Positions 51,791-63,091 of a DNA stretch of 64,000 nucleotides are shown in pieces. The stretch's first letter is position 1; the number at the start of each line of letters is the position of its first letter. Below the pieces are notes generated by a model. That model saw only the letters and a program-made list of their open reading frames with translations. It was not told the DNA's origin and did no database searches. Position numbers and translations under genes: made by a program. Source of the stretch: Ramazzottius varieornatus (Eukaryota; Animalia; Tardigrada); NCBI GenBank assembly GCA_001949185.1, contig BDGG01000002.1, positions 5,818,448 to 5,882,447 of the forward strand, in the 5' to 3' direction.

Positions 51791-53732
51791 ATAGACTTAA
51801 GAATCTCCGGGTCGTGCCGTATACGAAGTCGTGCCGTACACAGGGCTGTGCTTAGTACAGCGTGGTGCTGTGAACAAAGTCGTGCCACAACGAAAAGTGA
51901 AAGAGAAGAGAGCGGAGGCAGTCATTCAGTCCCTTGTTAACGGAGTCAACGTAACACCTTCAGAGAGCTATCGTTCTTCCTGCAAGTTCAGTGTTACTCG
52001 ACAAGTGCCCCGCTCTGCTCCGACAGACAACGAGGCTTTCGCCCTGTGACCGCAGGTATTCCCCAACAGGAACACACTTACTAGTAAGGTTGTAAATTCC
52101 AGGCCGAATACCCTTGGAATGGAAAATAAGAAAGGAATTCCTAATATTCCTATATTCCCATTTCCTTCTTCAGAAGGTCCTCGCAAAAATCTGGAATCCT
52201 AATATACATACGAGCCAGCTGGCTGTAGACTCAGAGCAGGCCCCGCGTCGATTTCGTCCGACCTAGTCGTCGCCTTCCAAGGGCTCTCCCCTGCCTAGCT
52301 ATATTTCATCGGCCCATTCCCACAGCTAGGACCGGAAAAATGACTACCCTAAATGGCTCCGATATACAAGAGATGGAAATTCCCATCCTGGAAGAAAAGG
52401 GTGGAAAGGGCAGGATGGAAAAAAGTAATAAGATGGAAACGTCCTATATCCTTTATCAGAACAGTCCCAGGGTGTAAAAGAGGAACAACAGCATCCTTAG
52501 TGCACATAAGTGCTAATCCTTTTACCACTTGATCCCACCGTGCGCACTCACCGCCAGTTGAAGGAGGCGGAGACAGACCAAACGCACTGACGCACTACGG
52601 GTGAACGGGGTGACACGCACATGCATCTGCCCAGAGCGTAACCATGCGCGACAACATTGAGGTTGTGCAGCCGAATCGGGCATGGTTAATCTCGATGGCG
52701 TGTGGTCATACGGCGCAAGAATGGCAACGTCATGTACGCGGAATTCAACGTGAGTGGTTCGCAAGACGCGTCTCAGGCGCGTCTCTCGTCAGCTGTTTTG
52801 GTCTGTCTGGCTTGCCCCACAAGTCGGGTGGTAAAAGGATTCGCACGAGTGCACATATGGTGACCACACAGAAAAACATCCGTCTTCTTTTGCCGCCCCG
52901 CATTAAGCCACAAAAAGACAAATGTCACGCACCTTACCGGCAACATGTCTAGGTGGGTATGTGAAGTTGACAAGAGCGATTGATAACGAAAGACATTCCA
53001 CGACCGTTCTGCTAACTCATCAGCAGTAAGTATCAATATCGATACACTCACCTGCTAGTTTCCCAGTGTACTATTTCGTTGAGGTGACTTCAGTTGCCGA
53101 GCGGCTAGTGTTCCAATCAAGACTACGAAAATTCTCAAAATCCCACTTAGGGCCAATGCCGGGTGTTCCATCATCAACCACTCAGCGTTCATTTTTGAAT
53201 TTCCCGAACCATTCGGAGAATTCGATTCATGGAGAATCATGGGGTATTCGGCCGAACTAAAGATCCAGCCGCGACGAATCATAACGAAATTCCGAAAACA
53301 CACTGCTTCTAAGCGGGTAATACTGCACTGCTGTCAGTTCGAATACTTGTTCGAGCTTTTAGGGCCTTTGCGGATAGAAAAGTCGTCAAAACATACGTCT
53401 GATTTATGAAGGCTTATGGCGTTGCGCCACTTCTGGTTCGCAGAACAGAAGAGGGTTTTGTCCATAGACTGGACAGAGATTTAGATTCATTTACGCTCCT
53501 AAACGAGACAATTCACGAAGTGGAAGTTGCGTCAACCTAAAAGCGCGATAACACTCTTCACGGGGTGTTATCAGGCTTTGCTCGCTCCGGTCTTAGATTT
53601 GAAATTTCAAAGCCATTGCAAAGTCAAGAGGATCGTTAAAGTCTGATTCTTAGTTTTTATTATCGGGCTTACAATATCAAGCGTTTTAATAAATCATTCA
53701 ATCAGTAGGAAAAATCTCGATGTACGGTATAT

Positions 53733-53913
53733 CGTTCGAATGCCCAAAAACTGTAATTTTTGTTAGGTTTCGGTAGGTGCATCCGCGCGGTAGTCTATGG
53801 CTTACTGCAGTATGCTGTGCTGTGCTGCACAAATTTCGTCAGTTCACGCGCTGCAGCTGTACTGCAGCACAGCACAGCTGCAGTTAGCGCATGCGGCCAG
53901 ATTCCGTGTTCTA
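53733..53913. mobile_element. Partial copy of TAGAGCAC-family MITE
   Basis: Near-identical to about 59224-59410 and ends GTGTTCTA. Confidence 0.85.
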
Positions 53914-54818
53914 GTTCACTGTCTAAATCATCCGTGCAACGTAGTGTTGGCATATAATATATTGAATTAGAACCTATTAGATGCTTTTTGCATCTACTGT
54001 ATCATATTAACATCTATTAGATGCCTTGACCGAAGAGGGATGTTCATTAGTATTAATGGAAGCAAGAGCTGGAAATATTAGATTAAGATCAGCTCCCAGG
54101 GCACTCCATATTACAATTATTGGTATTTGATTTCGGCTTCGGTTAATTAGAACGAGGCGTGATTTTCGCCATCGAAAGCGGGCGACTATGCACAGTGCGC
54201 TGCTAATTTCGATCATAACGCATCACGCACCTGCACATCAACGTATATTGATCGATATCCAAGGTGATACATTGATACATTGATTGTCAAACTTTGTTTG
54301 ATTGCACAGTGCAGGATCATGTGTTTGGCGATCCACTTGCATACTCGCCCTGCCCATTGCTGACTGCAATGCTGTCTGCTTTTCCCGGTTCTGTTTTGTG
54401 ATTTCGAACGCTCCGTGTGTCGTTTGTCTAGAAACCGCAGAACACCAGCGTCACTCGGAAAGCAGAAGAGACAGCACCCGACAAAGACCGCTGGAATCAG
54501 AAGAAAGTGACGAAGGGAGCTGCAGTCAGTCTGGCCACCATCGACAACACCAAAGCGATGTTAAGACTGAGTAGGAAAGTTACCTTGTCCTGTTCACGCA
54601 CGGATCAGGGATATTAGAATGTATCATGATAAGGACCCGACGAAACAAGTTAGTATATTAACAACATACTAGAGGCTCCGAGGTTGCAGCATATCATATT
54701 TACATTAAATTCCAACCCTAGCAGCTCGGTTTTATCGGATCAAAATTTTATGAGATCTGAATACCCTTATGTCAACATCACTAACTCTGGTCAAGCTTGA
54801 TCTTGTCGTTTTCACGTG

Positions 54819-55297
54819 TAAGGTTGTGCATTCTAAGTCCCATTCCTTTCCACATTGCGTTCCTTTCCAGGAATTCCTCTCCGTTCCAGGGGGTGAGGAT
54901 TCGCAACGGTGGAATTCCTGTTTTGGTAAACAGACGAAATCTGGAAAACTAGGAATTCCATGAGGAATAATTTAACGGATTATTTAATCGAAGGTCTCTC
55001 GAAGCTACAAAAAGGAAGGTTTCATGAGATGCACGGTCAGATTCCTCGATGTGGCTTTGAAATTTGAGGGTTAGCAGGGATACTCTCGGCTGAAAAGGAT
55101 TTTGTCCACCAGGTGCAGCATTTTTCGAATACAACGTGCACATCCTGATTTTCCCCACAAAAACAGACGTCTTCAGTGTTTTGGAATTCCGAGTTTTCAT
55201 CAGGTAATTCTGAAAGAGGAAAATAGGAATATAGGAAAATCAGGAATCTTTCCTATTTTCCATTCCAAGAGAGCTTGACCTGGAATGCACAACCTTA
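54819..55297. mobile_element. hAT-type MITE (GGAAT-rich)
   Basis: TIR TAAGGTTGTGCATTC / GAATGCACAACCTTA and TSD TTCACGTG / GTCACGTG. A related end fragment lies at about 52085-52200. Confidence 0.85.
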
Positions 55298-55310
55298 GTC
55301 ACGTGCCGGA

Positions 55311-55898
55311 GAGTGCTGGCAAAAATACGATAAAATTCGATACGATATTTTTCGATACAATATCGGCGGATATATATTTCGATACGATATTTTCCCGTTA
55401 CTGTATTTTCGATATATCGCATCATATCGCAGCGATATATCGATATGTCTGAAATTTTAGTTTTTCGGGAATCCACTGGTTCAAGCCCAAAAACTCAAGA
55501 AGCCGATTTTCACATAAAGGACTAGTAAGATCGAGAGCGTGGGATACAGCAAAGACGTAGCTACACCAAGACTTTAAACACATGGAAACCTGGACAGAAC
55601 TAGCACCAGAGCCGAACGGGTGGAGTGTGCTCGGTACACCATGGCCAATATCAAGTCTTCGAAATCAACCATGGTCTTCTGTAAACGAGATATCACTGGC
55701 GAGTTTGCCATTCAGCGAAATATCGATATATCGAAAATATATCGATATGGCGCGATACGATATCGCCGAATATCTTATTGCGTTGTTCTATATGAGCTCC
55801 ATATCGATATTTTCGATACGATATCTGCCGCATATTTTATCGCAAAGATTCGATATAATTCGATACGATATCGGTATACCGTATCGTTGCCAGCACTA
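55311..55898. mobile_element. hAT-type MITE (CGATA-rich)
   Basis: TIR AGTGCTGGCAA / TTGCCAGCACT, perfect 8-bp TSD GTGCCGGA and dense CGATA subterminal repeats. Confidence 0.9.
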
Positions 55899-55926
55899 GT
55901 GCCGGAGTTAAATCTGCAGTAATCCT

Positions 55927-56368
55927 TAATGATGAGCATTACACGTAGATGGTCCGTGTAATGTAAATTTTAATGTAAAATAGTGTAGTTGTAAAAGTGT
56001 AATCACATTCTACACCAGTTTATATTTCACAAACCGGGCGCTTAGAACTGGTAGGGAACGGCGAGAACGATAAACCAGCTATGTCTGCTTTTGCATAAAA
56101 TATAGACCCTACTAATTGTCTTCCAGAAACAGATAAAAATACGGTGTCAAAATGACCATTTTCAGGAGGTTTCTGACATTTTCGCACGTAAGTCAGCCAA
56201 ATTTTAAATTCCCAGCGGTTAACACTCAAAATACCGCAGATTTTGGCTTTTAATAGTTGTAATTACATTTTACATTTACATTACAACTTTCCGGTGGTTG
56301 TAATGTCGTGTAAGAGTGTAATTGTAATGTAAAATGTAATGTAATGTGAAATGTAATGCTCATCAGTA
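55927..56368. mobile_element. MITE (TGTAA-rich)
   Basis: TIR TGATGAGCATTACA / TGTAATGCTCATCA; the TSD is not convincing. Confidence 0.7.
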
Positions 56369-56700
56369 GTGTTGCTCCGAATATTACAATCGATAATTGA
56401 CAATGACCAAAAACGACCGTCTTGGAATTCCAATATGACAATTAGAATTGGGAAGCCCAGGCTGGACAGTTCTAATATTAATTAGAATTGCGATTGGAAT
56501 TCCAAAAATAGAAGAAATTTTAACTGATAATCGGAATGCTGACAGTAATAATCCGAATTACTGAACTGGCGCCAGCTGCGCGGGAAAACGCACGTGGGTG
56601 TATTTAGTTTTGGACTTTCTACATGGTTTGGTGCTTGACTGGGTGAATATACATGCACATACGTCATTTTCTATGGGCTCGTCCGTGGGGTACTTCGCCA
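56367..56700. mobile_element. End fragment of the 19041-19822 MITE family
   Basis: AGTGTTGCTCCGA...ATTACAAT.GATAATT and GCGCGG.AAAACGCACGTGGGTGT are shared with 19041-19260. Confidence 0.7.
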
Positions 56701-56892
56701 TGGCTTTCGGGTTGTAATCTGGTGGCTTTTTGGCTGCGACGTTGACAGCTGGAAGGTGGAAGCTCTCTGTACTGTGTTTGTAAGCATACTGATACGGCTC
56801 GAACTTTCAATTTTCAGATAAAGTTTTGTAAGATTACCGCTCTAGTAATTAGCTGACAATTCTGGTATATTTAGGGGAAATCTTGAAACGTA

Positions 56893-58861
56893 TCAGTTGA
56901 TGTTACAAATATAGAACAAGTTGCTTTCACCTTCTGCAGTAGGAGCTCCGATCTTTTCCGGCATTGGGACCTTCTGTACCTCAGCCATGACGCGCGCGAG
57001 CACAGTCACACGTTCTCCCGCTTTCAGGAAGTTGAGGTGCTTCATGGACGGGTCCAGAGAGACAGCTCTCTTGTGAATTTCATCAATCTGAAGCTTCTTA
57101 GTGAAAAAATTTTCTGCCTGCTTCTGAAGAGCTCTGACGTCGGAAAAATCGGAAGGGGTGTACTCTTTGAAATGGCCGATAAGCTCCATGTAAGCCGGAG
57201 CGACCAGATGCAGCGTAGGGGTCTTCGAAGCGGAGAGTTGAACCGTAATATCTCTCACGGGCTCGAACAAGTCATGAATCTCCTGAATTCGTTGTCTGCC
57301 GGTTGCAAGTAGCTGTAATTCGTTTCGGTTTGCCAAGATCACTTCCAGCTCGTCGTAGACAGCTAGGACTGGAGCCAGCATCTCGACCTGGGTATTCTAG
57401 CTAATAGAAAAAACACAGTATTACTCCATAGGCAAAACACAGTATCTTTCTATATAGCTGCGAAATAGGAACGTATCTCTAACAAGTTACAAGCTCAGCG
57501 AGTATCGTACTGCTTCAGCGTTGCTTTAAGCTGACAATTCAAACCTCCTTGCTTGCAGTGCGTCACCAAAGACTTGAGTTGGTTTATTATAAATAGGGTT
57601 GGCACAGCTTCCGCGGGCATCGGAAACTGAGATTTCGCTTCGGTCTTGAAGCAAGCTTGCAAGCACGTGTTGAGAAGATGGCCTGCGCAGTTTATACGTT
57701 CAAAGTCAGAGTCGCGAAAAGCAACCTTGATGTTGCCGCCTTGATCCGTGACGAATGTGCAAAGCTTCAGGTCTTCTTCCTCCAGCCCATTTTTTTGCAG
57801 CTTCCTGAAGATAGACTTCTGTACTACCGGGCACGTTTTCCAGTCGACACTGTCCCATTCACTGGACAACAGCAACCTTTCTCGGAGCTCTGAATTCCAG
57901 TACATGTAGTGCACTGTACACCCTACAATCAAAACACTTAATTTTATAGACGCCAGTAAAACAGCGCATTACACTATTTGACCTGCAGAGATTTGTTTAC
58001 CTAAGCAAGATATTTTGGTGTATTTTTCCTCCCAAAAATCATGAGTTATACCACTACCGTTCATCCGCAGTATAGGTCTAATTTCTTCCAGCAGAGACTC
58101 AAGGATTTTTCTGGCTTTGCTCCCAACGTAGCTGCTGATTGTCGTCGGATCAGGAAGCATATCTTTCGCCGAAGGTCTCCCAGCAGGGCTGTACTTCATT
58201 GTAACATCGATCACGGTGTCAATCAGGGCTCTAAATCATTTGCCACTCACTTCTTTAAAGTTTCTTCCTGTGTACAGCACAAAATCGAGCACACACCTTG
58301 TAGACTTCTTGTGTGGCCACCAAATGAAGCTTGCGCATCTCCAGGAGGCCCGTTATTTTTGGCTGATTATCTTTTACGCCGCACTTCTGGATATGGCGGT
58401 TCAATGGATCGGTGGTGCTTCGGTCATGCACGTACTGCATGACCGAAGCACCACTACTGACCATGCACGTACTGCAGCAAACAAAGTCGAGCCTGTCACC
58501 CGAACCTATATCGACAATACGCCTCATGGTCGACCAAAAGGCTGCTGGTTTCCGACTTCCCAAAATTTCCGCTCGTAGGAGGAATATGTCATCTTTCACC
58601 AACTTGCTCACTTCTTTCACAGACATCTATCTGCAACAATATTCGAGTTTCTTATTGCATCACTGTGTTATCCCGAGCGCCTGGGTGTCCAAAGGTATTT
58701 GCTTACCTGGCTTTCTGTTGGATTTCAGAAGGTAGTACCGTTCTTCGCTTGGTAACGATTCTTCCACCAGCTGCCCGATATTTCTTTCCGACATTTTCTT
58801 TCTTTCCTGACACCTCCTCCTCTTCTCTCTCTCCGGACATTCCTCTAAAGTTATCCTCCAT
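56893..58861 (-). pseudogene. Hermes/hobo-like hAT transposase, disrupted
   Basis: BED finger (FW...CSTC...LNRHIQKC), LPDPTTIS, THDFW, FVTDQGGNI and CAGH. TRWN is mutated to TR*N, with a frameshift and stop near 58255 and no C-terminal dimerisation domain seen. Confidence 0.9.
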
Positions 58862-58974
58862 CGTAGCTCCGATTTCACCAGCAAAGGCGATAACTTGAGA
58901 GGCAGAAGAATAAGCCGTGAATAACAAACGAAGAAGTACAACGTCGTTGAATTCTAATATGAACAACTGGGAAG

Positions 58975-59410
58975 TAGAGCACTGGGCCGCAGATCCAAAA
59001 GTACGCTGCAACTGTGCTGCGCACATTAGCAGGGCGATGTACGCTGCGCTGTGCTGCACAACTTTCATGCCCAGTGGCTAAGCAACTGTGCTGCAGATGC
59101 ACGTTGACCTGGTGCAACTGCGCGGAACGCCGATGTATTGACGCGGTTTGTAATTCAGTCAGCGAAATCGGTATTCAACCTGGAGACCGTTGCCCTAAAG
59201 TACGGCAAAGCTGAGACGGCTGACGTTCGAATGCCCAAAAACTGTAATTTTTGTTAGGTCTCGGTAGGTGCATCCGCGCGGTAGTCTATGGCTTACTGCA
59301 GTATGCTGTGCTGTGCTGCACAAATTTCGTCAGTTCACGCGCTGCAGCTGTACTGCAGCACAGCATAGCTGCAGTGCAGTACAGCGCATGCGGCCAGATT
59401 CCGTGCTCTA
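58975..59410. mobile_element. hAT-type MITE (TAGAGCAC family), copy 2, inverted relative to copy 1
   Basis: Reverse complement of 46228-46650; flanks CTGGGAAG / ATTCCGGC do not form a TSD. Confidence 0.88.
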
Positions 59411-59437
59411 ATTCCGGCCATTCAGCCGTGCCTGGGG

Positions 59438-60110
59438 TAGTGATGTTGTAATAGAGTAATACTATATTAAAGTAGATGACAGTAGATGGTTTGAGCATCT
59501 ACTATATTTAGTAATATTTAGCAAACAAAATTGGGCACCGTATTCCTATATTTATAATTTAGTAGCTTGAAACCGGAAGTGCGATATTTTATTATTGTTA
59601 AGTTGTCCATCATCTGTAGTAAAATATATTTTAATACGGGTAACGCTACCGCTGATCGAGAAACTGGTTGATTTACTAAGGTCTGATGCGTGTGTGTTGG
59701 TTTCTCGATGTGCGACCACGCCTTATAAAGTGCGCCACACCATAATGATGCCTCTACAGCAGCACGGTAGGGCTACTGCAAAATAAATAAATACCTCTAA
59801 ACATCGTGCTCCTGCATACAGTCTGACACTTTCATCCAGCCATGTTACAGTGTGCAGGTGCAGGGTGCAAGCTGTACTACAGTATTTTTGCAGATCTGGT
59901 GGTTGTGATTCTAAATCTTCAGATCTTCTGTCGAGCTCTCCGATATTAGATATATTTTAAACAAACCCCCGAAAGTTCTACTATGGTATTATTTTATTAA
60001 ATCAGGTAGACGTTTTACTATAGTAGTGGTCACTTATTAGAACTTTGATGGACGGCGGATACTTATTTTTATTGTATTAGATTTCATTAACCCATGTTAG
60101 AACATCACTA
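59438..60110. mobile_element. AT-rich hAT-type MITE
   Basis: TIR TAGTGATGTT / AACATCACTA flanked by the direct repeat CCTGGGG. Confidence 0.75.
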
Positions 60111-60365
60111 CCTGGGGGCAATCCTCGTATTCGAGGGCAACACTTTATTCCCCTCAAAGTCTCAGAATTTGGTTGAACTTTTGGTGTAACCGTATCGCTG
60201 TTTCCGACCGGACGCTGCTGGTACTTCGTGGGCGAGTAATTACTACTGGGCACGTGGAACCGATGGTTCTGAAGTAACAGATGTTTCTTTAAGGATCTTC
60301 ATGCATTACGACTCGCTGCTGTATATTATGTGGCAACACCCGGTGGAACGGTTCGAGAGATACAT

Positions 60366-60573
60366 CAAGGGGTCGACGCGGGGTTCGAAAGACTTCAGTG
60401 GCCGAGATTGTTGAGGGCAAGGGGCCATGACCCCGCATGAGAAGCCTTCTGGCTTATCCAGCAATCAAAACCGTTTCATTTACTGCCCACAGGACTTCTC
60501 ATGCGGGGTCCAGGCCCCCTGCCCTCAATAATCTCGGTCACTGAAGTCTTTCGGACCCCGCGTCGACCCCTGG
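60366..60573. mobile_element. Short foldback MITE
   Basis: ~80-bp inverted arms (AGGGGTCGACGCGGGG... / ...CCCCGCGTCGACCCCT) with a (G)ATACAT direct repeat on both sides. Confidence 0.8.
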
Positions 60574-60640
60574 ATACATTTGACGCAACATGACGAGCGG
60601 CGTTGTGGTGGTGTACATATTCTGTTTTGCAGGTGCCAAA

Positions 60641-61532
60641 GGGACGGTTCAAGTATTACGTAAGGCGTCCAGAGGGGGGTACTGGTCCGGAAATCTTACA
60701 AGAGTCTTACGAGAAGGGGGTAGGGGTCTTGAGAATCTTACGTAAGAGAATAAATAAATTAAATATTTAACTGGAGTAATTGCGGAACCGCAAAAAGAGG
60801 CCAGTTTTAAGACTCGAACCGTGACCCGCCGCTTCGACCAGCTGGTTATTGGCCTTGAGCGACGCACAAACACGTGCACCTGCAATTAGTGCGCATCCTC
60901 GTTCGATCGTGCCCATCGCTGCTGTGCAGTTGCACTATTTTTCCCTTAAGTGTATAGCAGAAATTTAATTCGGCAATTCTTTGGATTTACTATTTTTCTT
61001 CTCTTTTCATTTCTCATCATGGAGCCCAAACCTGGAGCTCCTCACAGGTGAGTTCTAGCATTGCTCAAGATGCTTCAGATGTGTAAATTGTAAATCTGGT
61101 CTGAATCTAAATTTCGTTACACACAGTCATGCACGAAGGGAAAGTTTAGTACGGGAAAATTTTGGAACAGGCAATTCCGAAACAGCGGAACGGAAGTTCG
61201 TACGTAGGTGTGCAATTCACACCAGTGCACTTTTTGACAGATTCCTATGGTTGAATTCTCAATTTGCCGTCTTTTCCGCCTGTTCCAAACTCTCCCTTCG
61301 TGCGTGTACCCGTGTTTGAAAACTTCCGATGGTGCGAATGGTGCTCAGCTTGTACCATCTCCCCGTTTTTCTAGCAAAATTGCGTTTTTTGCGCTTCTGA
61401 TGGGGTCTTGAAAATCTTACGTAATAAATGAGGTTTTCGGTAGTAGCTCTGGGAATCTTACGCGGTGCTTACGAGAGGGGGTAGGGGTAACGGCTCCTAA
61501 TATCGAATCTTACGTAATACTTGAACGCTCCC
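60641..61532. mobile_element. PIF/Harbinger-like non-autonomous element
   Basis: TIR GGGACGGTTCAAGTATTACGTAAG / CTTACGTAATACTTGAACGCTCCC with 3-bp AAA flanks and CTTACG subterminal repeats. Carries a small nested inverted-repeat element at about 61128-61306. Confidence 0.75.
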
Positions 61533-61915
61533 AAAGAGTTTTTGCACATTCTGACGATGGTATCACGCGTGGAGGTCCTCCAGAAACAGCTGGCTTTGGG
61601 TATTATTCGCCACGTGATCCGTGGATTATCCCGGAAACCGGGAGATTGAGGCATCGAGCGCACTTAATCGAATTTGTCGAGAAAGTAAGCAGAATTGGTG
61701 CTGAGGGAGGGAACTTCATACTGATTTACTGTAATACACGTATCATATCGTTAAGCACTGACTGTGTATCTCTGTTTGCAGTTTTTTGGCGGAAGCGAGT
61801 GTTCCTAATGCCGAAGAAGTGCAGAGGTGGGTTAGGTGACCGTCTGGCACGGTGATCATAATGCTTCATTTTTAGCTTATTATGCTTTACACGGCTGGTT
61901 CGTATTCTCGTTCAG

Positions 61916-63091
61916 CGTGAAGAACATGCGCGATAGATCTCACCGGGAGTCGCGTCTACTTTTTCTACGCACGTACTTACGAAGTGAACGGGAAGCTGAG
62001 CAACATTCGCCGCTTTCTCCTTTCTCGATTGCGGACAGCCACTCTCCGTCAAGACGAGGAAGGACAGGCCAGCTTGGTGAACTCTTTGCTACGTAGCTAC
62101 ATCCAGGATAACTTGTACGATCAAGCCGAGAAGCTGGTCGGGAAGCTTACCTACCCGGAAGCCGTCCACAACAACCAGCTGGCTCGCTTCCAGTACTACT
62201 TGGGCCGAATCAAGGCTACCAAGCTGGAGTACTCGGAAGCTCAGCAGCATCTGTTGCAAGCTTCTCGCAAGGTCCCTTCCAACGGCGCGATCGGTTTCAA
62301 GCAGACGGTAAGAAACTGAAGAAAAACAACTGAACCTTCTTGCGTATGTCTTGATAGCACTGAACCTTTCGATCATACTGAGCTTTTCCATAGGTTCAAA
62401 AGTGGCTGGTGACCGTGGAGTTGCTCTTGGGAGACATCCCTGAACGCGCCATCTTTCTGGAGAAGGAGTACCGGGAGTGCCTCGCTCCATATTACGCGCT
62501 AACACTGGGTAAGTCGAAAGTTGGAGTTTATCAGCTGTAGCTTCATAATGGTCGGCCTTTACAGCTATTCGCGCTGGGAAGTTGGCTCGCTTCAACGAGG
62601 TCTTGAAGACGTACGCTGAGCGGTTCAAGAAGGACGAGACGTACTCGCTGATTGTCCGTCTCCGCCACAACGTCATCAAGACGGGCATCCGTACCATCAA
62701 CGCCGCCTACTCGCGCATCTCGGTAGTCGATGTGGCCAAGAAGCTGCAGTTGGACAGCGTGGAAGATGTCTACTTCATTCTGGCCAAGGCTATCAACGAA
62801 CGAGTCATCGAAGCACAGCTGCTGGCCGATTCGGGAACCCTGGTGTCCAAAGAGAACGTCAACATCTACTCGACGAAGGACCCCTTTGTGGCTTTCGACA
62901 AACGCATCAAGTTCTGCCTGGACACCCACGACCAAAGCGTCAAGGCAATGCGCTTCCCGGCCAAGTCGTATCATGGCGATCTCGAGACGGCTGAAGAACG
63001 AAGAGAACGAGAGCAGCAGGAAGCAGAGCTGGCTAAAGAGATCGCCGATGAGGATGACGACATTTATCAGAGAGTACGTGCTTTATTTTGA
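61916..63091 (+). pseudogene. PSMD3: 26S proteasome lid subunit Rpn3/PSMD3, 5'-truncated with apparent 2-bp frameshift
   Basis: RLRTATLRQDEEGQASLVNSLLRSY...LYDQAEKLV, PCI domain ([12 protein letters not shown]) and acidic tail, with two intact introns. No N-terminal third is seen, and the frame breaks between VKNMR and AIDL at about 61929-61932. Confidence 0.8.

Noticed and set aside
53942-54720. Possible MITE bounded by TAGTGTTGG / CCAACCCTA
   Set aside because: Short imperfect TIR and no matching TSD.
55320-55890. CGATA-rich repeats as CRISPR-like or satellite array
   Set aside because: No repeat-spacer periodicity; they are subterminal repeats of a MITE with TIR and TSD.
62089-62974. Long antisense ORFs over PSMD3 (similar ones over MDH2 and SLC22)
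   Set aside because: Shadow frames from codon bias of the real genes.
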